Shown here one piece after another: positions 25,601 to 36,600 of a stretch of 64,000 nt of DNA. Source of the DNA: Tubiluchus corallicola (Eukaryota > Animalia > Priapulida); contig JAQGDQ010000597.1 in NCBI GenBank assembly GCA_030141605.1, forward strand, positions 62,001 to 126,000, written 5' to 3'. Position 1 is the stretch's first letter. Each line of letters begins with the position of its first letter. A program made the position numbers and the translations under genes. Under the pieces are notes generated by a model. It was given only the letters and a program-made list of their open reading frames with translations. It had not been told where the DNA came from and did no database searches.

Positions 25601-27208
25601 TGATGCTGATTGGCAGTAAACCAAATTGCATAAAAAAGTCTGCATCATCAACAGCATTTTCCCAGTAAATTTAGCATAACCTGAAAGTAAATGTCAATGA
25701 ACAAAATCATCATATCATTCACGCACTTAGATAAACCACTCACATTTTGAGGAACCTTGATTAGAAATAGCCGTTTGGTCTTGTCATAAACCTCCTCTGC
25801 CCAAAGCACGTCGCCTTCTTCTTCTGCATTTTTGGAAAATGTTTCTTCAATCATCTCAGGTGGAACCTCAACGCTGGAATCAGAAACATGAAGTTGAAGT
25901 AAAAATACATTTAGTTTTTGCTATCTACGATAAAACTTATGGTACATATAACCATCACCTTCTCGCCAACCAGCAAACTAACTAGATATTCTGTTATAGA
26001 GGGTAGAATTCTGGCTGGCTTAACATCAAACTGTATAAAATGCTTAAAGGAAAACAGCTCACAATTTCAGACCAACAGACTCGAAAAGCAGTTTTAGCAG
26101 TTTAGCACAAAAACCTAATTTTGGTAGGTTTTTCTTGTTGCATGTTGGCAGCCATACATATTTAGACATGTAAAATGTCTTTATAGAAATGCATTGCACA
26201 GTATAACAAAGCCAGTCATGACATTAAGACAGTCCCATGAAACAATACAATAGCCCAGTGACAACTTCAAATGTTTATATTCTGAACCTATATAGAAATT
26301 GCCAAGTTTCTGCTAAATTAAAAAAAATTATAATGAATTAATTGCAAGCCATTAATTAGGTTTTTCAGCCAATATTTGCTAATCAGAAACATTTTAGTAA
26401 TTATTAAGATAAGGGTAAGAAAAGGCGCGGTCTGAAAAATATTGTCCTGTTTTCCTGAACTAAGCTGAGAATAATCATTACAAATTGATAGCTGGAAAAA
26501 TCTAAGTCTATCTATTCCTAATGTTACATTTTCGTAAAAATTATGTACATACACACATTCCTGCAGACATTATGGTGTAACCTTTATAGGCCTAAAACAT
26601 AAAAGAAAACAAAAAGAAGGAAGAAAACTAAACAAATTTAGGAAAATCAGGTGACCCAAAGTTTCTTTAACTCACCTGTGCTTAAGGGAAGATGCTGGTA
26701 TCTTTATGACAGATGATGAAGAATACTGATCAGTCATCAAAGGTTCATTTGACGAAGATTCAAAAGGAGGTTTAGTGTCTACCTCTAATTTTTGTACATC
26801 TGCACTAAGATTGTCCGGATTTCTGTTTCCCTCAATACCTAGAATATCCACATTCACAAAGGAGTCGTTTTCAACACTTTGCTGCTCATGGTTACTGCCA
26901 ATGTAAGAGCCATCCAGCTGCTCACTGGAATTGTCCAATCTGTTCTTTTTAGGACTAGTTGCTTCATCAGAATCAGATATATGGTCAGACTTTGATCGTT
27001 TCTTCTTTTTCTTTTTATGTTTTTTGGGAGACAATCTCTCCAACGGTTTAAAGAACTGAAAACTGATGTCACTCAAGCCTGCACTTTTTGCAGGAGATAT
27101 ATCACTTGAGCCTGGCTCGATACCTCTTGTCGAAGAACTGATGTTTAAGTTCAGATCATTTGCTGTAGACGATGAGGACAAAATGTCGTCGACATGATGT
27201 TTTCCCAT
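19605..27208 (-). CDS. POLR1G: RNA polymerase I subunit A34.5/RPA34 (POLR1G/CD3EAP/PAF49)-like protein, 7 coding exons, 535 aa
   Basis: Phase-consistent exons 27208-26676, 25873-25744, 24435-24331, 23177-23133, 21720-21666, 21207-21082 and 20218-19605 (1608 nt). The spliced core LFLIKVPQNVDLVSLLNEAEVPLIGG...LYKI...MLPSKE...PAFCGEIAIQQ...LPDDLKQRWPI resembles, from memory, the A34.5 domain (LWLIxxP...VPLxG...PxGLxxRF). It is followed by a poly-Lys tail typical of this subunit. The orthology call is motif recall, not a search. Confidence 0.7.
25356..25566 (-). repeat. 24-bp degenerate tandem repeat (about 8 units) in a POLR1G-like intron
   Basis: The + strand unit is close to GTCTTGATAATGAGCCAGGCTCAG. 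One minus-strand frame reads SEPGSLSRPEPGSLSGPLPGSLSGPMTGSLSRPDSGFVSRPEPGSLSG. Confidence 0.85.
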
Positions 27209-27875
27209 CTATTTTAAAAAAGAGAAAACAAAAACATTAGTCACGTGACTCATATATTATTATTTTATTTATTTATTTTAAGTGGATTGGTAAATTGTAT
27301 AAACGATCATATCGTATAAACTAAATGGGAGAGAAAGATAGGAATGTTAAATAACAGACTCGCATCCTGCACAGCAAAAGCCAAAGTAACATGTGGAATA
27401 TCAATTCGACGCGACACGCTGAAACAGTGAATTTTTTTGTACAGACCTTGAAATAGCTTGAACTGAACTGAGCTAACAATTTAAAAATATAATTATATAT
27501 AATAATAATAACCGCCTAGAGAAATGGTGTTTTAATCCAAAACAATAAAAAGTTGAAAGTACTTCTAACAGTAGCACTGCAAATTTACGATAAAATAGGG
27601 TATATCATAAATCATAATTTGACTTTAAATAATAAGCACCTCGCTAAGCATGATATAAGAAAGGAATTATTATATTATAAAAAAATGACAGCATTATACA
27701 TGTAAAAACTGCAAGATCATCATCATCATCATATCATCATCTGTTGTAAACATTGGGCAGACAGAATTCTAAAATAAAAGCCGTAATCCAGCAAACAAAG
27801 TAGACACTGCAAGATCAACTTGTCAATATCTCCTCTAACATGACCCTTGACATCACTTCAGAACATGCTGCAATG

Positions 27876-29130
27876 TCACCATCCCATGAATCTGTATTTT
27901 TGATTTCTAATGGTGTATTCATAAGATCTATTTGGATGAAATTGATGTAAGTCAGCAGCTGTTGTCCTTGTGGTTTCTTTTCTTTCTGTAATCTTTAATG
28001 GCCTGTCATCTGGTAGTCTTATCCATCTTAATCTTCCCCTTTTGGTGTTAACTGTCCATTCCTCTGCCTTGACTTTATTATACACATCCTGGTTTGATAT
28101 TTTCTTTGGCCAGTTTATTCCTAAATTGTTCCTATGGTTTCTTCTTTCAGATGCAACGATTTCTGATTTGTGATGTGCTTTGATTGTCCATAATTCTGAG
28201 TTGTAGTGAAACCCAGTTTCCACAAGTGCAGCCAAATATTCTCAGTTTTGTTTCTAGTTTGACCCTCTTACTTTCAAAATTGTTTGATATTTTTTTAATA
28301 TGCAGCTAGTGTTAAGATTTTTCTTCTTGTTGATATAGATGTATCTTTATCTGTTGACAGAAGACTGCCTAGGTATTTACATTTCCTCCAAGCATCATCT
28401 CCATTTCTTCTTATGTGATACTCTTCTGTTTTATCCTTATTTGATATGAGGTCCATTTCTTTTGATTTTCTTTCTAGTTTGATTTTGATGTCATCTATTT
28501 CATCTTTGGTTCTTATTATCCATATAACATCATCAGCATAATAAAAGTCTGTGGTTGTAGGATATTCCATTTTATTAACATAATTGCATTCTAATTCTGT
28601 TCTCGACAGTAAATTTTCTGGATCCAGATTGATATAATTGTGGTTGTAAAGTTCTTTTCTATGTGTACTATTCCTGTCCATTAATGCTATAGCAAGATAG
28701 AAAGTGAATAGAACAGAACTTAGGCGGATGCCTTGAAGTATTCCTTTTTTGTGGAAAATGAGTAAAATATGAGAAAATATGGGAAAATATCATATGAATT
28801 TCATCGGGATTAAGTATTTCTTGTAGATGGTGTAGCAGTGTCTTTCTTCGCACCGAGTCAAATGCTTTGGGGATGTCCATAAATAATATGTATATTGAAT
28901 AATCTGCTGAAGAAATGGCCTTTTCTGCTAGTATTCTGCAAGTCTGAGCAAGTTCTGTTGTATTTCTACCAGGCTGGTAAGCTGCTTGGCTTTTTGGAAT
29001 ACACTGATGCAGTCTGTCATGGATCCTGTTAAGCATACATATTGCTAGATTTTTTTTTATCATGGTTAATAGCATCAATGGCCTTAGATTTACTATTGGT
29101 CCTCTCTTTTTTCCAAGCATTTGCAGGAAC
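27876..29130 (-). mobile_element. RTE-like LINE remnant, copy B (RT with internal deletion plus C-terminal domain)
   Basis: NLRPLMLL, QAAYQPGRNTTE, FMDIPKAFDSV, then YYADD, CKYLGSLL and LGINWPKKISNQDVY...RLRW across several frameshifts. Confidence 0.85.
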
Positions 29131-29249
29131 CACTGCAAAATCATTACCATCCAATGAATCATACGTCCAGGAATATGATTCGTGTTCACCTCCATATGCC
29201 AGGATTTCCTACTCACTGCAATGCCCCAAGTGCATTTATCTCTAAGGAT

Positions 29250-29953
29250 CAGTGCTGAAGTGTTTAAATCTTTCTGTACAAAATCTAAATATGTTAAAAT
29301 TTGTCCTCCTGCAGGTTTTTTAGCTGGTTCTATGGCTTGTTGAAGAGCCATCTTCACTGGAATATCATCAGGTAGTCTAAAAATATGCCAAATCCATCTT
29401 AAACGGCGTCTTTTTATTTTTCTTGTCCAAGGTTCTTCTTTTATTTTTTCATATAGATATTTATGTGAGATTTTTTTTGACCATCTGATACCCAAAATGT
29501 TTCTGTAATTTCATCCTTGAAACTCACTGATTTCAGCTTTATGTCCACGGCTCAGAGTCGTACAGAAATAGTTTCAATTACGGTTGAGAATATTCTAATT
29601 TTTGTTTCCAGAAAAATCCTCCTATTCTCAAAAACTTTTGTGAGTTTTGAGTAACCTGATAATGCCATTATCTTCCATCTTGGTATGTCGTCTTCTGCTG
29701 CGAGCAGACTACTGAGATACTTGCATTTTTGCTATAATTCATCACCATGGTGTGTTGTGTGAAGCGCTTCAGTTTTATTTTTGTTCACTACGAGATCCAT
29801 TCTTTTCAGTTTCTCTTCTATTGAGTTTTTTATTTCATCTATTTCTTCTTTGCTTCTTGTAATCCATGCCACATCATCAACATACTGCATAGGTATAGTA
29901 GTTGACATACTTTGTAGAGAGCTGTAACTGTGTTCTTGTCTTTTTTGAGCCAT
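29250..29953 (-). mobile_element. RTE-like LINE remnant, copy A (5'-truncated near YVDD)
   Basis: MQYVDDVAW...LVVNKNKTE, CKYLSSLL and GIRWSKKISHKYLYEKIKEEPWTRKIKRRRLRWIWHIFRLPDDIPVKMAL. Confidence 0.85.
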
Positions 29954-30112
29954 ATTGTCTATGTAGTCACATACTCATATTTCATTACATACTTTGTTTA
30001 CTCAATTTTTCTGCACTGCCACTAGTTTTTGTGTTCCACAGTCCTTGGCATTATGCTTAAAAATATAATTTGATTTAAATTTTTTACAATTTTTTTTACA
30101 ATTTACACTAAC

Positions 30113-30600
30113 CTGAGAAAGGTAGCTGACATGATGACCAATTGGTCTTTCGCTACCCTTTATCCTGCACCCCCCCCCTAACTTTTTCCTTTAGGCATTA
30201 TTTATCCTTTTTAATTAATAACTATAGCAATAATAGTCTACTGTATTCTGGTGTAAATGAGGAAATAAATAAAATGTCTATGTCAATGTCTACGTCTTAC
30301 TTCATTTGGTATTAATTCCGGATCAAGAATTTTCTAATTGTGAATTCTAGGATTTTCTAACACTGCAAGACACAACACGTGAAAATCAAGAAATCCGGGA
30401 CATCTTTCACTTGTTCTGCAAGATCCTTCATCGTTAGCGTTGATTTCTCATATTGCAATGCCTTGAAGAACAGAAACGTGATAGCAATTTGAAACGCTAA
30501 TCATTCCGAGAAAATTACTCAGCCTCACTGGTTTTCTCAGAAATAAAGCTTAAAAACCTATCGAGTGTTCTGTGTTAATTTCTGTCAAATTGTAAAATTT
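30113..30600. promoter_or_regulatory. Probable bidirectional promoter and 5' UTR region shared by NitFhit (+) and the POLR1G-like gene (-)
   Basis: The POLR1G-like ATG at 27208 directly follows a splice acceptor (TAG|ATG), so an upstream exon is likely. Minus-strand donors CAG|GTTAGT (30113/30112) and GAA|GTAAGA (30301/30300) lie within 500 bp of the NitFhit ATG. Confidence 0.5.
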
Positions 30601-33600
30601 ATGCCATTAATAAATCGGTTTCGTTTTTCCAAAACCTCTTTTAAGTTTGCTTCATGGTTAACAAGGAATTTTACAATGTCTCTTTCCTACAAAAAGCACA
30701 TTATTGGCATATGTCAAGTTACAGCTAGTTCTGATAAACGCAAGAACTTTGAGTCCTGTAAGCAGCAGATTGAAAATGCTGTCTCTAAAGGAGCTAAGGT
30801 TAGTCAAAATTTAATGTAAAACAAGCAGGTTATACTACTGGTAACTAAATTGAGTGCCATTATATTTTCACACCTAGTTTTTTAAAGCCTATGAACTTTA
30901 TGCATGCAAGAATAACATTTTGACTGCAATGGTCTAAGCTTATAACTAAAAACTCTAACCGAAGATTAATGGAGAGTTGGAGACTGACCTAAACCCTGAA
31001 CTAAAAATAATGGATACTCTTGTCATGCTGGGAGCAAATTTGATTTTAATAGGACAAGCATGAAATATTTAAGATATTGATAAAAATTATTGCTAGGCAT
31101 CTTTGTTGTCTATCTTACAGCAACTTAGAACAAATAGGAGGTGCAAATGTTATAAGGTAGTATACATGGCATTTTAATTAATAAAATCTGTTTAAAATGC
31201 TAATTAGATATAGGCTGCAAGTGCTTTAGTTTAATACTCAAATTCATTGTTTCAGTTTTATTCTGTATTATTACCATTGCAGATGGTGTTTTTACCTGAA
31301 TGCTGCGACTATATTGGTGATAACCCGCAGCAAACGATAGAACTTGCTGAGGATCTTAATGGACCTACAGTCAACCGATACAGAGAATTAGCACAGCGAT
31401 TAGGCGTATGGTTGTCTCTTGGTGGCATCCACGAAAAGGTACTGTATTATTTTCTTCATTAACTGATTCTCTTAAGTTCCTGAAACCTTAGTTCATGAAA
31501 TATTAAACTTTTGACCTAGCATGTGTGGCAGTGTAACAGTTATTTTTCTAGATAATTTACATGTTCGCTTGAAATAGCACATCTTGCTACAATATTGAAC
31601 CACATTGCTGTTCCTATGCAGCTGGTATTAATATAATAAAGTGCTTTCATAATCTGTATGATCGTATCTGTTTATATATATTTGGCTTATATTGTACTCT
31701 GACTGCTAGTTTAAGCTTACCTAATTAAATTACCTTAAAGATAAACTAGCAATTTATTTTCTTTTTGTATGTTATATTTACACAATTGTAATAATTTTCA
31801 AATGTTCAGGGGCCAGAAAGCGATCGTACCCGGGCATACAATACTCATGTCATTTTGGACAGCAGCGGTACAATGGTCAGTACTTACCGCAAGATGCATA
31901 TGTTTGATGTAGAGATTGCAGACAAAGTTTCACTTCGTGAGAGCGACTACACCATTCCTGGCACAGTCATTGCATCCCCGACTGCAACGCCAGTGGGTAA
32001 AGTTGGACTAGGAATTGTATCCTTGAGCATTTTGAGAACTTGTTTCAAATTCGTAGCATTATTTTCTTTTACCCTTGACTGCCAGTAGTGCAATTACACA
32101 CTTGCACTGTTTTTTGAACTTACCCATAGATGGCAGACAAAAATTGCTCAGTCACCATAGCAATGCCCATTCCGGCAGTGTGATGTTAGAACCTATAGCA
32201 AGACAATGAACGTTTTCAGCTGCCATAGCAACTTGTTCCAGCTAAGCCGTGGATTGCTGCTGCGTGAAATTTTACATAATTTTTTTTTACAAATATCATT
32301 AGCACACAAAAGCTTATGTCCTGCATTTACATAAATAACATACTCTAATAACATAAATGAATGCACCGGTACCACATGAAAAACACTTCATTTACTGTAC
32401 AAAACAGCATAAAACGCTTAATAGATTTACCGAAAATGCACAAAACCCAAAATTGATCTTAAAACAAGAATTTGATCATTACAAAGCTTAAAAACCCTTC
32501 TTGATAGATCCGTTGGCTATTTTACCTGCATGTACTCATTGTAACAAAATTAGCAAATATTGTGTATGAAATTTCTCAATGGCCAGTAAGTTAATCAGAT
32601 GCAACAATGAAACTTGTAATTGCACTATTTGCAGTCGCATGTAACATTGCTGTTTGCTACATATTTTGGCTCATGCTTTTGTTGTAGAGTTCTTGCAAGA
32701 TTACAACAACCTAACAACCTTTGGTAAACTAGACTCTCTGTGCAGGCCAGTCAACTTCATGAACAAAGATTCCATTGTAGCAAGTCCGGGCATGATTGCT
32801 ATGGTGTGAGAGTAAGTCCATATGGTTTCTGAGTGCAGAATTTAAAGTGACAAAATCCTATTATGTAACTGTCTGCTCTTGCCTAAGACAAATTTCATAT
32901 GAAACTAAGTACCAGTCAGTTTGTTTTTTATAGTCCTGTCAATTAAAATTCCGGGCAAGGTTGTTATGTGTATTTAGCAACCAAAGTTAAGCAATGTCAA
33001 ACCTGATCAGTAAGTGGATCAGTGTTCATGGATTCAATATTCTTCTAGGTATGCTTTATTCTGCTACACTACTCGTCAGCATTTACCTCATTGACAGAGT
33101 ATTTATGCTAGGGGCACACTACATTATTAACTTGAAAAACTTTATTGAAACGTAGGACTATTGAAATATTGAAATGTAATGCCAAAAATGTCAAATATAT
33201 GATCTCTATCATCTGGCAACTAAATCTACAATCTGCAAAACTTTTGCCTGCACTCTTGTTGCTGGGTATGAAAAGTGATGCAACACTAAGAGAAATTTGC
33301 TCTATTGAAGCTCAGTTATTTGACATATTGCTTATTTATTTGACAAATTTGCCTAAGAGTCTCATTGTGGGACACAGTGGCACAAAAACCTTAATACCTG
33401 GCATTTTTAGCTCTAAGTATTCAGACCCCATGCAAAACTTTAAGCGCACTATGCTATATTGTTATTGCAGTCAAAAGAGACATTTCATTGCAATTTGTCT
33501 AATCTTGTTTTAGACCTAGGTACAGATCCAATTTTTATTCGTGGAATGATATACTGATTTTGCAAACATGGATTTGGTGCAATCCTATTGCATGCATGTC

Positions 33601-36600
33601 TTTATGTGGCTGACACTGCTGGAACAATGTCTCATCTCAGAGGATTATCCTTGATGAAGACGTGATTGTCCTCATTGATGGATTCCAGCTTACAGAGTAG
33701 CAAATTACATATAATTGACAGTACAATGCACTTCTGGACATTTTAAACAAAAGAGTTTCATTTGTTATTTTAACAAAATTTTGGCTTATCTGTGTCATTT
33801 GGGGTGATGTAACACCCCACTTGTTATGCTCTTCTGCATGTGTTTCTTTAACCTGACAGTGCTATGATGTGAGGTTTCCTGAAATGGGAATTTTGCTGCG
33901 GCAAATGGGAGCAGACATTTTAACCTTTCCTTCCTCGTTCACAGTACCCACTGGCAAAGCACACTGGGAAGTAGGTAAATTATTGAATATTTAGTTTCTC
34001 AATCATCATCAATTTTTTTCAGAATGATTGCAATCGCATTGCAACCGAATATAATTTTTGTCGTAAAAACTATTTTTATTTGTTTTAAAGTCTGCTTTTG
34101 TTTTCTTCCGACAAACTGTCTCTTAGTAAGGCAGATGCTGAGCCAAAGAGATTTTATATGCTTCTAAGTGACAGACGCATAAAAACGTAATTTCACGTCT
34201 ACTGCTTCAGCTCCCACTTCCCTTCTAGTTCATGGTTGTGCATTTTTAAAAGTTCAGGACGAGTATTTGCAATAATGCATAATAACAAAGTTAATTTTAC
34301 CTTTTACAAACCAAATTGTTAAACATAAGCATGTTTACACAAACTTGTTTGAATCTTTATAAAGCAAATGTGCAGAATGATATGCAAAGTATGAAAACTA
34401 TAATTATTTTTTGCTCAAGAACACCATGCCTTTTGATGTAAATTGAGCATATTCAAACTAAACTTCAATGGTTTCCAGAGAGTCCGTGGTTTTGTACTAT
34501 TTCTTAGCTACAAACTCAAAGACAAGTGTTTTAGTTGATAAAACATAACATTAACCTGTAATGTAAGACATTGCAATCAGCTATTAAATAGGCTTCCATG
34601 TTCAGCAATAAACCACAAGTAGTTAGGGGATTTACTATTATAAATATTCCTTCATCTGACAGACAAAAATTGATAACTAAAATGAACAATCATCAATTTA
34701 AGTTTCAGTAACAAAATATTGATGTGTATTCTAACAGCAAAAAATGTCATACTTAAACCACTAAAGTAAAATATTTATGTCAAATTTCAGATATTACTTC
34801 GCGCCAGAGCCATCGAGACACAGTGCTATGTTGTTGCTGCAGCTCAAGTAGGAAAACACAATGATAAACGATCATCATATGGCCATGCTATGGTGAGTAC
34901 TGCAAAAATTCTTTGATGGCTAAGCTGTTTGTGAACCCGCGACCGTACTGGCCTTTCCTTTCCTTAGTTGCATTAGTTAATGTACGACTGCCCAAGATTT
35001 GAAATAAATATAATTAATACAAAAAAGATTGCCTACTTTATAAGATGTAGTATTAGACATAAGGTCCTTCGTTCAATTCAGTCATAATCCCAAATTTCTC
35101 GTGTTTCTTCCATTCTGTAAACTTTAATGGTAGAAAATAATTGTTGCTTTTTTCCTTCAGTAATATGCAGAGGTTGAATATGGCCTGTTGTCAAATCTTT
35201 TTTTTAAATATTATAAATAATAATTCTGGAAATGTTTCACGCAAAACTGTAAAAAAATTATTATCGTATAATTGTAGGTGCGCATGTATCTTTCTTTAAT
35301 CCTTTTTTATTTACAAGTTGCCCTTTCATTTTATTTGTTATTGAATGTGTTGTCTGACATAATATTCTTTTTTAGAGTAGATTGTATGCTGATGAACATC
35401 TACTTAAATTGCTTTTGTTGAAGTTTTGCTATTAAAACTTTTCTGCTACCTTCTCATGTTTTTAAATTTCCTTGCGTAAAAAATGGCCGAAAGACAGAAG
35501 ATATTATGATACCAACCAACTATGGCAAAATTTTTTGAGGTGGTCCTATTTTTTATAATAAAATATAGTAAAAGTATAATGTTTAAACTGTTTGTTAATT
35601 CAGCAAGTGCACAGCAAACAGGCAATACAGATACAAAGTCTGGTGGCATAACTTTCCGTTTTTTTGTGGGAAAATCCAGGACAGCATTTTTACATTACAG
35701 GTGGTTGATCCATGGGGCATCGTTGTTGATTGTTGTAACACCGAAGCTCGAGTTGCAGTGGCAGAGATAGACCATGATGTTATTGCTCGTGTGCGTTTGG
35801 AAATGCCCGTTATGCAACAACGGCGACCAGACTTGTACGGAGCATTGTATCCATGCAGGAAGACAGGTAGTTAATTACAAATTTGTTCTCAGCGCCTTTA
35901 TCGAGTGGAAGCTTTTTTATCAGATCAGGTAAAGTTAATCTTCATACAGGAGTTAGAGATATTTACAAAGAGATCTTCTTCGCTGCTTCCAACTTTGAGT
36001 AATTTCATTTCTTTTAAAACCCTACTGTAACTGCAGTAATTATCTTGTAAACTCAACGTTTGTTGTCATTCAATAATTAAAAATTGCAAATTTCTTAGTT
36101 TTTTTTTTGTACATCACTGTTGAATATTTATAAGTGGGAATGGATGCAATCAAGTATTTTAAATAAGGTGGCTTGTTCTTATTTTACCAAATTATGAACA
36201 GATGAGGTGTGACTATTCACTGTGCTTGTTGTGTCTGACAATTTTCAGGTACAGTATTAACACCTCACATATGCAGCAGTGCTACTGTGGCATCTGCAGT
36301 AAGTCCTGGCTTAATGACAGTAATACGATTTAGCAAAATGTATTATTAAGAGAATCAAGGAATGAAGCTATAACTCATTTTACTTAAATGCATTCACTTC
36401 TGTTTTTAATAAAATATTATTGTATTATGATATACAATTACGGGACATTACATTTTTATTGACGTTTCAGAGTATCGGACTGCATATTCACAATACATGT
36501 ACCATATGATAACCCAACTACTACTTTTCCTTCTAAACTGTTCCAGGCCTATTCAACCGTAATGTTGATATTTTGAATGAGGACTTTTCTGTTTTAGGTA

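Noticed and set aside
28668-29495. Novel circularly permuted reverse transcriptase (275-aa ORF)
   Set aside because: Better explained as a chance in-frame join of two decayed LINE copies; there is no YADD in frame.
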